A stretch of DNA of 28,728 nt from positions 1 to 28,728 of the forward strand of contig JAEEXS010000008.1 in the NCBI GenBank assembly GCA_016287855.1, read 5' to 3'. Shown piece after piece: positions 1 through 9,539 of the stretch (position 1 is the first letter of the stretch; each line of letters starts with the position of its first letter). Position numbers and translations under genes: made by a program. This stretch comes from Clostridia bacterium. GTDB lineage: Bacteria; Bacillota; Clostridia; TANB77; RGIG9151. The notes below the pieces were generated by a model. It made no database searches. It saw only the letters and a program-made list of their open reading frames with translations, and had not been told where the DNA came from.

Positions 1-756
1 TGATTTTATGCCTTCTCCTTTAGATGTTATATTTATATTTGCGTCCTTTATTGCAACGTAATCTTTTCCTCTAATACCATCATCTACCGAATTTATCTCA
101 ACTACTGCACTAATTATTTTTAACCCATCTTTACTAGCAATACCATCTGAATATTTAGAATTTACAACTAATTTTCCATTTCCGTTAATAACCAAATCTG
201 ATTTACTAAATACCGTTGCATCAGGCTCACTCTTTTCAGTATCTGTAAATACTGTATATGAACTACTATCTGTTAATGTATTTATAGAGCCATCCGCCAA
301 AGTTATTGTAAGCTTTCCGGCTTTAACACAATTTATTGGAGCAGTCGTTCTAGAAGTCAAATTAATATTATCTAAAACAATTTGAACATCATCACTCTTA
401 TCCGCTGAAACAACTATATTCCCATCAGATAATGTACCCGTTATATAATAAACTCCTGCTTTTAGTATTGTAATAGTAGATCCGCTCCTCGTAACCCCAG
501 CTCCTTCAATGCTTATATTACTATCACTCAAGCTAATTTTTGCACTATAATTTCCTATATCACTTTTTACCTCACTATTTTCATACTCAACATTTAACTC
601 TGTGCTCTCTGTAACTATCTCAACATTTCCAACTGAAGAACTATTATTATCTATAACTATATCCAAATCCTTTTTATTTAAACTATATCCAACTGCAAAT
701 AACAACACACAAATAGCTACAATTATCGGCAATGCAATTTTAATATATTTATTCAT
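1..756 (-). CDS. Carbohydrate-binding beta-helix-like protein (Cthe_2159/DUF4353 type), N-terminal part only; the C-terminus lies beyond the left window edge
   Basis: The reverse-strand frame is open from the window edge. It is absent from the ORF track because it has no in-window stop. The ATG at 756-754 overlaps the stop of the upstream gene (TAATG on the reverse strand). Translation MNKYIKIALPIIVAICVLLFAVGYS... gives a signal anchor. Downstream motifs ...ITILKAGVYYITGTLSDGNIVVSADKSDDVQIVLDNINL... and ...DGIRGKDYVAIKDANINITSKGEGIKS are ones I recognise from the family that normally sits beside VTC/DUF4956 genes. Confidence 0.7.
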   Translation of the reverse strand, partial: MNKYIKIALPIIVAICVLLFAVGYSLNKKDLDIVIDNNSSSVGNVEIVTESTELNVEYENSEVKSDIGNYSAKISLSDSNISIEGAGVTRSGSTITILKAGVYYITGTLSDGNIVVSADKSDDVQIVLDNINLTSRTTAPINCVKAGKLTITLADGSINTLTDSSSYTVFTDTEKSEPDATVFSKSDLVINGNGKLVVNSKYSDGIASKDGLKIISAVVEINSVDDGIRGKDYVAIKDANINITSKGEGIKS

Positions 757-1430
757 TATAACTCCACCTCACTTAACTCTTGTCTTTGAACCATAACAAG
801 TAAATTACCATTTCTGCACCTTATCTCATCCATAAGTTCTTTTTCCTTTTGAACTTCCTTCATCTTTACAGTATAACTCAATTCATACATACTACCCATA
901 TTAGTAGTCTTTACCTTTACTAACTCTGCATTATTAGTATATTTTTCAAATATATCATTAAACACTTCGTTATAATCTAAATTCTCAGGAATTAAAACCT
1001 TTAATCTTTTCTCTGATTCGTCTTGAGTTTTTTCAAAAATCTTACTCAAAATAATAATTAGTACCGCAACAATAAGTGTAATTACAATACTATATAAAAC
1101 ATAACCCATACCTAACGCAAGGCCTATTGTCATTGCCCAAAAAATACTTATAATTTCTTTAGAATTGCCTTGCATACTTCTAAATCTAATCAAACTAAAT
1201 GCACCTGCGACAGCCAAAGAAGTCCCTAAATTGCCATTAATCAACAATATAACAACCTGCACTAAAACGGGTAGTAAAACTAACGTAATTAAAAAATTTG
1301 AAGTAGTCTTAGTCGTAAATTTATGAGTAAAACTAATTACTCCGCCTAAAATAATACCTACCAAAATACAAATTAATAAATCCCCCGTACCAATTGATGC
1401 CATCGTTTGTGAAAAAATACTCTCTAACAT
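756..1430 (-). CDS. DUF4956 domain-containing membrane protein
   Basis: 224-aa ORF with several TM helices. The conserved stretch LLPVLVQVVILLINGNLGTSLAVAGAFSLIRFRSMQGNSKEIISIFWAMTIGLALGMGY is typical of DUF4956. It lies directly downstream of a VTC-domain gene, which is the canonical pairing. Confidence 0.8.
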   Translation of the reverse strand: MLESIFSQTMASIGTGDLLICILVGIILGGVISFTHKFTTKTTSNFLITLVLLPVLVQVVILLINGNLGTSLAVAGAFSLIRFRSMQGNSKEIISIFWAMTIGLALGMGYVLYSIVITLIVAVLIIILSKIFEKTQDESEKRLKVLIPENLDYNEVFNDIFEKYTNNAELVKVKTTNMGSMYELSYTVKMKEVQKEKELMDEIRCRNGNLLVMVQRQELSEVEL

Positions 1431-1453
1431 AAAAATTCCCTCCTATATTCTTT

Positions 1454-2164
1454 TCAAGCTATTCGCTCTATTTTTTTATCCGCTTTTAAAACTAATTTTG
1501 TATAAGCTGTTCCATATTTAGAAAAACTTCCCGGCACAATATTTAGCTCCTCCAAAGTCCTTACAAACCATATTGGCATCGCACCCAAAGTTTTAACTTC
1601 CATTATGTATTGATCTTTTTCTAATATATTCTCTCCGTAACTGCCTTTTTCCAAGCTCAAATCATACTCTCTTGCAATGATATTATTATCAAAAGTAAGT
1701 CTAAAATCTTTATTATCTTTATCATAGTAAGCCACCCTATGATAAGACAAATACATCGTTGGAACTAACCCATAATGATTAAAATAATAATTTAGTTCCC
1801 TCTTAATTTGATTTTTATCATTACTATCTTTTTCATCCCTTAAATAATCATAAAACTCATTTAACTTCATTCCAATTCTTCTCTTACTAACAACATCTTC
1901 ATATTTTCTTTTTACTTCTAAGTACACACTTCCATCCATTTTAGGTATATTATAACTTCTTAGCCTAACCTTATCTTTATAAACCGGCTTCGTAATGGAA
2001 TGTCTTATCAAATCATATTGATCTGTATCAAAATATATATTGCAAATCGTACTCTCACCAAATTCGTCACCAATCATCTGATTTTTTATTGCATCCTTTA
2101 ATGCTAAATACTGTTCTTTAGTTATAATATATTTTTTCTCAACCCTTCTAAAGAAATCTGCCAT
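1454..2164 (-). CDS. VTC domain-containing protein (polyphosphate polymerase-domain family)
   Basis: The family-like N-terminus MADFFRRVEKKYIITKEQY... starts at the ATG at 2164-2162, preceded by AAAGGGA. Motifs YFDTDQYDLIRHSI, KVRLRSYN and YLEVKRKYEDVVSKRR fit the VTC fold family. The ORF-track extension to 2287 runs through a terminator hairpin and is rejected. Confidence 0.8.
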   Translation of the reverse strand: MADFFRRVEKKYIITKEQYLALKDAIKNQMIGDEFGESTICNIYFDTDQYDLIRHSITKPVYKDKVRLRSYNIPKMDGSVYLEVKRKYEDVVSKRRIGMKLNEFYDYLRDEKDSNDKNQIKRELNYYFNHYGLVPTMYLSYHRVAYYDKDNKDFRLTFDNNIIAREYDLSLEKGSYGENILEKDQYIMEVKTLGAMPIWFVRTLEELNIVPGSFSKYGTAYTKLVLKADKKIERIA

Positions 2165-2250
2165 ACTTATCACATCCCTTTCTAAAAATAATATAAGATA
2201 TGAAGATTGAAGAAAAATTGAAAAATAAAAAAATTTTAAAAGTTTTAAAA

Positions 2251-2287
2251 ATTTAAAAATTGGACTCGGGGACATCCCCAAGTCCAA
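2251..2287 (-). terminator. Rho-independent terminator after the TCS/hydrolase unit
   Basis: Arms 2260-2272 and 2275-2287 (TTGGACTCGGGGA / TCCCCAAGTCCAA) form a 13-bp stem with one mismatch and a GGGG/CCCC core. On the reverse strand the stem is followed by TTTTTAAATTTTT. It sits 14 nt after the hydrolase stop. Confidence 0.7.
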
Positions 2288-2300
2288 TCTAACTCCTAAT

Positions 2301-3410
2301 TTAATCTATCTCCAGTTTATTTATAAAATTCAAAACTACATCACCACACTCTTTAGGACGTTGTTCGTAAATTCCATGCTCTCCTCCAAGTAAAACCAAC
2401 TCACAATTCCCCATTTTTTCAAGATATGGCTTAAGTTTTATATTTCTTAATTCTTCACACTGAGCCAGAATAGTATCAAAATAATACTCATTCCCTTCAT
2501 ATTCCACTGGTCTCAATTTTACATCAATATTATTCTTTTCTATCTGACCATTTATCCATTTACTATTTTCTATTATCTCGTCTATATTCTGATATCCCCA
2601 GCTTGCACAAACATATAGCTTTGGCACGTCATTCGTAACAATACTATTCCACGCATCCAACAAGTTCTTATCATGAAAAGCCTCTTCAGAGAGGGGGGCA
2701 TAAGAATCCCACGTCATCAGGTTCAATGCGTCGCCCATTTTTTGATCATCTTCAGTAAAACCGTCAGGATACAGATAGCATCCACTTCTTACCACATATC
2801 TTCCAAATCCAAGTTTTGCCAAATAAACCTCTAATTTATCTTCAAAATCAATTTCATTATCCTCTTGTTCCCACTCATTTGAAAGAACTGTGCCATCAAG
2901 AAAAACAACTGCTTCTATCTCATCAGGATATTTGCTTACCCAATAAGATGCATAGGCCCCACCGATAGAATGTGGCATCAAAACATAAGGAGCTGTAATG
3001 CCCGCATTACTCAATGCCTTTCTATAATCTTCCACTATATATTCAATTGTCATTTCATTGTCTGTATCATCACTTAATCCATACCCTGCACGATCAACAA
3101 ATACAACCGCATTGTCTTTCTCAAGGCATTCTGTCATCTTTCGCTCTATAACGGAATAATCACTCATTCCGAGGCCTGCCAGAGATACAATGTTATGTTT
3201 TCCGTTCTGATTTCCAAAAACTGCGACATTAAGTGAATATTCTCCTACAGAAACTGGATTGTAATATCCATTTTCTTTCATCCACTTTATTTCCTGATTG
3301 GTTTTTATCTGATGAAAGATATAAGTTCCTAATAGAAACAGAATCAATACACCAATCACTATCCAAAGTACAATTCTTATTATTTTGATTATTTTCTCCC
3401 TCTTGTTCAT
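2301..3410 (-). CDS. Membrane-anchored alpha/beta hydrolase
   Basis: N-terminal basic segment plus TM (MNKREKIIKIIRIVLWIVIGVLILFLLGTYIF). A nucleophile-elbow-like MPHSIGGAYA and FVDRAGYGLSD follow. The start is uncertain: TTG 3431, ATG 3425 or ATG 3410, none with a good RBS. Confidence 0.75.
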   Translation of the reverse strand: MNKREKIIKIIRIVLWIVIGVLILFLLGTYIFHQIKTNQEIKWMKENGYYNPVSVGEYSLNVAVFGNQNGKHNIVSLAGLGMSDYSVIERKMTECLEKDNAVVFVDRAGYGLSDDTDNEMTIEYIVEDYRKALSNAGITAPYVLMPHSIGGAYASYWVSKYPDEIEAVVFLDGTVLSNEWEQEDNEIDFEDKLEVYLAKLGFGRYVVRSGCYLYPDGFTEDDQKMGDALNLMTWDSYAPLSEEAFHDKNLLDAWNSIVTNDVPKLYVCASWGYQNIDEIIENSKWINGQIEKNNIDVKLRPVEYEGNEYYFDTILAQCEELRNIKLKPYLEKMGNCELVLLGGEHGIYEQRPKECGDVVLNFINKLEID

Positions 3411-3456
3411 ATCTCTACTTGACATCTCCAATATTTTATAAAATCACTTCGTTTTT

Positions 3457-4656
3457 CTATGGAATAATAACTTTAAATGTTGTCACTCCATCTTTGCAAG
3501 AAACACTTATCTTTCCACCATACTTTTCTACAGTAGATTTTGCAATAGCCAAACCTAAACCGTATCTTTTTTCATTTCTATTTCTAGCCTTATCTATACG
3601 ATAAAATCTCTCAAAAATCTTATCTCTATGTTCTTCAGGAATTGGATCACCCTCATTTTTTACCTCTAAAACAATTGAACTTTTCTCTTTAAATAGCTTA
3701 ACCTCGACATCTTTACCCTCGTACGTATGCTTTATTGCATTATCCGTCAATGTAGATAAAATATGCCGTATGTCCTCACTATTCCCCTTCATCATAACAT
3801 CTTTTTGTATATCTCTTTTTAGCTCAACCTTGTGTTCAGCCGCAATACTCTCAAAAGCTGAAACCTCACTATCAACTTCCTCAGATAAATTAAACTCTTC
3901 ATATTCCTTCATATTATCTACATTCTCTATCTTAGTAAGTAATAACAATTCATTTACAAGCTTGTCCATACTACTAACTTCATTTTGAATATATCCAATC
4001 CATTTATTTTCTCCGACCTCATTTTCTACGACCTCAGCATTAGCAGATATAACTGCAAGCGGAGTTTTTAATTCATGCGATGCATCTGAAATAAATTCCT
4101 TTTGTTTTTCAAAAGTCTCTTCCACTGGTTTTACCAACAATTCAGATATCTTTTTAGATAAAATGAAAATTATAGTAAGAGATATAAGTGAAATAATACC
4201 TGCATAAATAAATATTAAATTTATCCGAGAAATAGCATCTTCATTTTCTACTAACGTTACCATCATAAAATCTCTATTAAATCTAACTCTATAGATATAA
4301 TTATCAATAATGCCAATATCTCTTTTACTACTTACAGCCTTAATCGCATATTCTTTTATTTGCTCATCATATTCCCTATTAAAATCATCTATAACTTCTA
4401 AATCTCTAACCTTTAAATTATATACTCCCTCTATCTGTATATCTTGATTAAATTTTTCAATTCCTGCATCTAAAGGAGGTCTATGACCATTATCTCTTTC
4501 AAAATCCATACCAGCAATTCTATCCATCATAATAGTAGAATTATTTAGTACATTTACATAATTTAATGATGTAAACAAAACAATAACTCCTAGAACAACT
4601 ATGGACAATGTAATCATCATAAGCGTAAAAATCTTTGTTTTTAACTCTCTAATCAT
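3457..4656 (-). CDS. Sensor histidine kinase (HisKA/HATPase_c)
   Basis: Two TM segments flank a ~120-aa extracytoplasmic loop. H-box SDASHELKTPL, N-box LTDNAIKHT and G-box RYGLGLAIAKS are present. The start overlaps the response-regulator stop by 8 nt. Confidence 0.9.
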   Translation of the reverse strand: MIRELKTKIFTLMMITLSIVVLGVIVLFTSLNYVNVLNNSTIMMDRIAGMDFERDNGHRPPLDAGIEKFNQDIQIEGVYNLKVRDLEVIDDFNREYDEQIKEYAIKAVSSKRDIGIIDNYIYRVRFNRDFMMVTLVENEDAISRINLIFIYAGIISLISLTIIFILSKKISELLVKPVEETFEKQKEFISDASHELKTPLAVISANAEVVENEVGENKWIGYIQNEVSSMDKLVNELLLLTKIENVDNMKEYEEFNLSEEVDSEVSAFESIAAEHKVELKRDIQKDVMMKGNSEDIRHILSTLTDNAIKHTYEGKDVEVKLFKEKSSIVLEVKNEGDPIPEEHRDKIFERFYRIDKARNRNEKRYGLGLAIAKSTVEKYGGKISVSCKDGVTTFKVIIP

Positions 4657-5329
4657 TTTCTACCTCCAACCTATAACCTAAGCCCCTAACTGCCTTTACA
4701 TTAACCCTTGAATTTATCTTTTTTAACTTTCTTCTTAAAAACGTAACATACACCTCAACATTGTTATATTCTGCATCAGAGAAATATCCCCAAATTTTAT
4801 TAGCTAGTGTCTCACGACTAACAATTTGATTTTTGTTTATCAATAAAATTTCCAATAAATCTAACTCTTTTCCATTTATTGAAATTTCATTTTCTTTATA
4901 ACTAACCTTGCCACTACTCAAATCTAGCTTTAAATTTTCATACTCTAAAACACTTGTATCTTCTAAATTGGCTTTTCTCTTTAATATAACTTTAACTCTT
5001 GCAATCAACTCCTTCATATGAAAAGGTTTCGTAACATAATCATCTGCACCATTTTCTAACCCGTTTAACTTATCATCAATCTCAGATTTAGCTGTAAGCA
5101 TTATAACCGGCGTATCTATTTTCTCCTCTTTTAAAGTCTTTAGAACCGCAAAACCATCTTTACCAGGCAACATCACATCTAATATTATTAAATCATATAT
5201 ACCAGTTAAAGCCTCTTCCTCTCCAGAAATTCCATCAGTAAAAATGCTCACCTCAAAAGACTCTTTTTTGAGCATTTCGGATACTGCATCAGCCAAACTA
5301 AACTCATCCTCTATCATTAAAATTTTCAT
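4649..5329 (-). CDS. OmpR/PhoB-family response regulator
   Basis: Receiver domain (MKILMIEDE..., DLIILDVMLPGKDG, LTAKSEIDDKLNGLENGADDYVTKPF) and winged-helix output (VYVTFLRRKL...VRGLGYRL). I prefer the ATG at 5329 over the ORF-track TTG at 5341; GAAAGGAA lies upstream. Confidence 0.9.
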   Translation of the reverse strand: MKILMIEDEFSLADAVSEMLKKESFEVSIFTDGISGEEEALTGIYDLIILDVMLPGKDGFAVLKTLKEEKIDTPVIMLTAKSEIDDKLNGLENGADDYVTKPFHMKELIARVKVILKRKANLEDTSVLEYENLKLDLSSGKVSYKENEISINGKELDLLEILLINKNQIVSRETLANKIWGYFSDAEYNNVEVYVTFLRRKLKKINSRVNVKAVRGLGYRLEVEND

Positions 5330-5403
5330 ATTAATCTTCAATTCCTTTCTAATTTTCTTTTACCATTTAAACATTGAAGTTTTATTGAAAATCACATTTA
5401 AAA

Positions 5404-5432
5404 TATTAATACAAAATTTTACAAAGTGTCAA
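5404..5432 (-). promoter_or_regulatory. Candidate sigma-A promoter for the two-component operon
   Basis: On the reverse strand: TTGACA (5432-5427), a 17-nt spacer, then TTAATA (5409-5404). Sequence pattern only. Confidence 0.35.
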
Positions 5433-5468
5433 TTAAGAATATGTATATTTTTTCAATATCTAAACTAT

Positions 5469-5498
5469 TTGACAACAGATTTAAAAAAATGCTAATAT
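5469..5498 (+). promoter_or_regulatory. Candidate sigma-A promoter for the HD-domain gene
   Basis: TTGACA (5469-5474), an 18-nt spacer, then an extended -10 TGcTAATAT (5490-5498). Confidence 0.45.
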
Positions 5499-5576
5499 TA
5501 AATATATATATCGTTGAATTACGACATTGTAAATTTAAAAAAGAACTCTTTTTTAATGGAAGGAATGGGATTAATA

Positions 5577-6356
5577 ATGAATAAAGACCTTACTGATTTA
5601 CTCATTGAAACATATGGTCAAACTATAAACGATATAATAAGCAAAAAGAATGGTCTAAAGATAGATACTTTTACCCACTCTTTAAAGCTTTCTGCTTGTA
5701 TGGTAGAATTCGTAGATTATTTACGAAAAATGCCTTTATCTGAACTAAATAAAAAAATAAAACATAAAGATAAAGATTTATTTATAAACTATATAAAGAA
5801 TCTTTCTTTCGCTCAATATGATAAATTAATCGTGATGTGTTGGTGGCACGATATCGGCAAAATAAAGATAAGTAAAAAGATACTTGCTAAACCTGGAAAA
5901 CTAACTGAGGACGAGTATAAAGAAATGTCAAAACATTCTGTGCATAGTGCCAACTTACTTCGTGAACTAGGTTTTAGCGATGATATAATTGCAAGTGTAT
6001 TCTTCCACCACCCTAAAAATTTCTCTGAAAAGAAAATATATGTATTTTTACCAGCAATTTCGCTACTAGAAATAACAGATATTTATACAGCTTTAAGAGA
6101 ACCACGCGTATATAGAGAAAAAGATTTAACTCTAGAAGAATCCATAAAAATTCTTCAATCCGAACTAGAAAAAGGACTTGGAAATCCTTTCTATAAAATA
6201 TTTGTGGAATTTATAACAGAAAAAGAAAATGAACACTACGATATATTTAAAAAATTCGAAAAAACTACTTTAAAAGATATAGCTGAAAAGAGTATGCATT
6301 ATATAGATAAAAGTAAACAAATATCTGCTGCTCCTGTAGTAAAAAATGAAGACTGA
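5577..6356 (+). CDS. HD-domain protein, degenerate HD-GYP-like
   Basis: WWHDIGK, MSKHSVHSANLL, FFHHP and ITDIYTALREPRVYRE resemble HD-GYP/HD phosphohydrolases, but no GYP tripeptide is present. The start is ambiguous: TTG 5514, ATG 5556 or ATG 5577. ATG 5577 has GGAAGGAATGGGA upstream. Confidence 0.7.
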   Translation: MNKDLTDLLIETYGQTINDIISKKNGLKIDTFTHSLKLSACMVEFVDYLRKMPLSELNKKIKHKDKDLFINYIKNLSFAQYDKLIVMCWWHDIGKIKISKKILAKPGKLTEDEYKEMSKHSVHSANLLRELGFSDDIIASVFFHHPKNFSEKKIYVFLPAISLLEITDIYTALREPRVYREKDLTLEESIKILQSELEKGLGNPFYKIFVEFITEKENEHYDIFKKFEKTTLKDIAEKSMHYIDKSKQISAAPVVKNED

Positions 6357-6381
6357 AGGAATTAACCTTCAGTCTTTTCTT
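6351..6381. terminator. Bidirectional terminator between the convergent HD-domain gene and clpC
   Basis: GACTGAAGG (6351-6359), loop AATTAA, CCTTCAGTC (6366-6374). It is followed by TTTTCTTC on the forward strand and TTCATTTTTT on the reverse strand. The HD-gene stop lies inside the stem. Confidence 0.7.
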
Positions 6382-8802
6382 CTACCCTATCTTTACCTTA
6401 TCTTCTTTTAAAACTAACTTAATAGTTTTTCCCGGCTTTATATTTCCCTCTAAAAATTCTTCTGCAATAAAGTCCTCTATCTCGTTTTGAATTGCACGTC
6501 TTAGAGGTCTAGCCCCATAAGTAACATCAAATCCTTTTTTTGCAATAAACTCTCTAACATCCTCATTAACATCAATATAAATATCTTTACTCTCAAGCCT
6601 TAATGCTAAATTTTTAATCATAATATCCACAATTTGCTTTATATCATCTTTAGATAATCTATGGAACACAATAATATCATCTATACGATTTAAGAACTCT
6701 GGTCTAAAAGTTTTCTTAAGTTCATCTAAAACATTCTTTTTAATATCCTTATACTCTGTAGCCTCTTCTTCTCCTTTTGAAAAACCAAGCTTTTTACCAT
6801 CAGTTATACTTCTTGCTCCAATGTTTGATGTCATAATAATTATAGTATTATTAAAATTAGTAACTCGGCCTTGCGAATCTGTTAATCTTCCATCTTCTAA
6901 AATTTGTAACAAAATATTAAAAACATCTTCATGGGCTTTTTCAATTTCATCAAACAAAATTACCGAATATGGCTTACGTCTAACTTTATCTGTAAGTTGG
7001 CCCCCTTCTTCGTATCCAACATATCCAGGAGGTGAACCAACCAACTTAGAAACAGAATGTTTCTCCATAAACTCAGACATATCTATTCTTATCATAGCTT
7101 TTTCATCACCAAAAAGCACTTCAGCTAAAGCCTTGCTAAGCTCTGTTTTCCCTACACCCGTAGGCCCTAAGAATAAAAACGAACCAATAGGACGCTTAGG
7201 ATCTTGAATACCAACTCTACTTCTCTTTATAGCCTTAGAAATAGATGCAATTGCTTCGTCTTGACCAACAACACGCTTCTTTAAAGAGCTCTCCATATTC
7301 TTTAATCTCTCTGTTTCCTCTTCAGCGAGTCTTGTAACTGGAATTCCTGTCCATTTAGCAACAATCTCAGCAATCTGCTCTTCATCTACAACATTATCTT
7401 GTAATTCACTCTTCTTTTGCCAATCTTTCTTAGCCTTATCTAACTTTGCTTTCTGTTTTAATTCCTTATCTCTAATTTCAGCTGCCGCCTCAAAATCTTG
7501 ATTAATAATAGCAGAATTTTTTTCTTCAGAAAGCTTCTTTACCTTCTCCTCTAAAATTTTAATATTTTCAGGTTCAGTAAAACTAAGTAATCTTAATTTA
7601 GAAGCCGCCTCATCCATTAAATCTATAGCCTTATCCGGCAATGACCTATCATTTATATATCTTTGAGATAATCTAACCGCTGCTTTTATAGCATTATCTG
7701 TTATTTTAACAGCATGATGAGCCTCATACCTATCTTTTAATCCCATAAGTATATTAACAGCATCTTCAATACTAGGCTCCTCAACAATAATAGGCTGAAA
7801 CCTTCTCTCTAAAGCAGCATCCTTTTCAATATGCTTCTTATACTCGTCTAATGTAGTAGCACCAATAAGCTGAATCTCTCCACGTGCAAGTAGTGGCTTT
7901 AAAATATTTGCAGCATCTATCGCACCTTCAGCAGCTCCTGCTCCAACGATAGTATGAAGTTCATCAATAAATAAAATAACATTACCCGCTTTAATAACTT
8001 CGTTTAATGCCTTCTTTAATCTCTCTTCAAACTCTCCTCTATACTTTGCACCAGCAATAATAGAAGATAAATCTAGGGCAACAACACGTCTATCTTTTAA
8101 AAGTTCTGGAACATCTCCAACAACAATTTTATGAGCCAACCCCTCTGCAACAGCAGTTTTACCAACACCTGGCTCACCTATAAGGCAAGGATTATTTTTT
8201 GTCCTACGACTTAAAATTTGAATAACCCTATCTATTTCTTCAATTCTACCAATAACCGGATCTATCTTTCCTTGTTCAACAAGCTCTGTAAGGTCCCTAC
8301 CAAATTGATTTAAAGTAGGAGTAAGATTACTTTGGGTATTTCTTTTTCTAATTTGGAAACCTTCAGCATTCATATCTTCAGAAACACGCTTAACTACCTC
8401 GTTATATAATCTTTGCATATCTACGCCCAACTCAACTAAAACCCTAACCGCAATACAGTCTGGTTCTCTCATAATCGCAAGTAAAATATGCTCTGTTCCA
8501 ATATATTCTTGTCTATGTCCACGAGCTTCATGAAAAGCAAGCTCTAATACTCTCTTTGCTCTAGGTGTAAAACCTAGCATCTTTCCATCATCTATACCTC
8601 TACCTATTAAATCTTCTATTTTTTCAACAACAGCCTCTCGGCTCACTCCTTGCATAAACAAAACCCTATAAGCAACACCAGTTTCTTCTTCAATTAATCC
8701 AACTAAAAAATGTTCCGTTCCTACGTAATTATGAGCCAAATCCTTTGCTGCAACTTTAGCTAACCTAATTACTCTCTCTGCCTTCTCCGTAAACTTATAC
8801 AT
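6382..8802 (-). CDS. clpC: ATP-dependent Clp protease ATP-binding subunit ClpC
   Basis: 806 aa. Duplicated Clp_N repeats ([12 protein letters not shown] / [12 protein letters not shown]). Two AAA+ modules with Walker A GEPGVGKT and [12 protein letters not shown]-like linker ([12 protein letters not shown]). C-terminal ARPLRRAIQ. Confidence 0.95.
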   Translation of the reverse strand: MYKFTEKAERVIRLAKVAAKDLAHNYVGTEHFLVGLIEEETGVAYRVLFMQGVSREAVVEKIEDLIGRGIDDGKMLGFTPRAKRVLELAFHEARGHRQEYIGTEHILLAIMREPDCIAVRVLVELGVDMQRLYNEVVKRVSEDMNAEGFQIRKRNTQSNLTPTLNQFGRDLTELVEQGKIDPVIGRIEEIDRVIQILSRRTKNNPCLIGEPGVGKTAVAEGLAHKIVVGDVPELLKDRRVVALDLSSIIAGAKYRGEFEERLKKALNEVIKAGNVILFIDELHTIVGAGAAEGAIDAANILKPLLARGEIQLIGATTLDEYKKHIEKDAALERRFQPIIVEEPSIEDAVNILMGLKDRYEAHHAVKITDNAIKAAVRLSQRYINDRSLPDKAIDLMDEAASKLRLLSFTEPENIKILEEKVKKLSEEKNSAIINQDFEAAAEIRDKELKQKAKLDKAKKDWQKKSELQDNVVDEEQIAEIVAKWTGIPVTRLAEEETERLKNMESSLKKRVVGQDEAIASISKAIKRSRVGIQDPKRPIGSFLFLGPTGVGKTELSKALAEVLFGDEKAMIRIDMSEFMEKHSVSKLVGSPPGYVGYEEGGQLTDKVRRKPYSVILFDEIEKAHEDVFNILLQILEDGRLTDSQGRVTNFNNTIIIMTSNIGARSITDGKKLGFSKGEEEATEYKDIKKNVLDELKKTFRPEFLNRIDDIIVFHRLSKDDIKQIVDIMIKNLALRLESKDIYIDVNEDVREFIAKKGFDVTYGARPLRRAIQNEIEDFIAEEFLEGNIKPGKTIKLVLKEDKVKIG

Positions 8803-8853
8803 TAAAACCCTTCACCCCCATGACAATATTATTGCCAAAATTTACAGTTAATA

Positions 8854-9507
8854 TCATAAAGATGATATATTTTTTAACTCTAAAACTGCACTCTTTTTGT
8901 CATCAGCACTAAAAATTGCGCTTCCAACAACTGCAATATCTGCACCACACTTTGCAACAGCTAAAATATTATCTTTATTTATTCCACCATCAACTTGTAT
9001 ATCAAAATGCAAATCATTTTCATATCTAATTTTTAGCAATTTCTCAATTTTTTCATTAACTGCTTCAATATATTTTTGACCGCCAAAACCAGGATTAACA
9101 GACATAATCAACAATAAATCAATATCCTTTAATATACTCTTATCTGGTATTTCTGTTTCTGGTTTTATAGAAATTCCAACTTTCTTATTACATTCTTTTA
9201 TTAAATTTATTGTGTTAAATGGGTCTTTTGTTGCTTCAATATGAAAAGTTATCCCATCGGCCCCAGCATCAGCAAAGTTTTTAATATATTTATCTGGATC
9301 TTCTATCATTAAATGAACATCAAAAAACAAGTTTGAACATTTTCGAATTGACTTAACAACAGGTATTCCAATACTTATATTATTAACAAACTTTCCGTCC
9401 ATAACATCAATATGCAAGCCGTCAGCATTTGCCTCCTCTACAAGCTTAATCTCTTCACCAAGCCTTGAAAAATCAGCAGATAAAATTGATGGAAATATCT
9501 TTAACAT
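8854..9507 (-). CDS. rpe: Ribulose-phosphate 3-epimerase
   Basis: 217 aa. PSILSADFSRLGEEI, HIDVMDGKFVNNISIG, MSVNPGFGGQKYI and DGGIN are canonical Rpe motifs. Confidence 0.95.
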   Translation of the reverse strand: MLKIFPSILSADFSRLGEEIKLVEEANADGLHIDVMDGKFVNNISIGIPVVKSIRKCSNLFFDVHLMIEDPDKYIKNFADAGADGITFHIEATKDPFNTINLIKECNKKVGISIKPETEIPDKSILKDIDLLLIMSVNPGFGGQKYIEAVNEKIEKLLKIRYENDLHFDIQVDGGINKDNILAVAKCGADIAVVGSAIFSADDKKSAVLELKNISSL

Positions 9508-9539
9508 TTAGCATCAACCTCCATTTAATTAATACAAAT

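Noticed and set aside
602-796. Forward-strand 64-aa ORF from the track. The same applies to 3419..3604, 3770..3988, 5244..5495, 6821..7207, 8897..9079, 10179..10382, 11993..12337, 15726..16241 and 16635..16850.
   Set aside because: All lie antisense inside long ORFs with clear family motifs, have low-complexity or hydrophobic junk translations, and lack an RBS. They are typical shadow ORFs of AT-rich DNA.
2165-2287. N-terminal extension of the VTC ORF (MDLGMSPSPIFKF...)
   Set aside because: The extension reads through a terminator hairpin and an A/T-rich spacer. The family-like N-terminus and RBS are at the ATG at 2164.
5377-5395. Shared 13-mer TTTTATTGAAAAT in two intergenic regions (about 5381 and about 11108)
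   Set aside because: It is short, A/T-only and present in only two copies, so it is likely to occur by chance in ~30% GC intergenic DNA.
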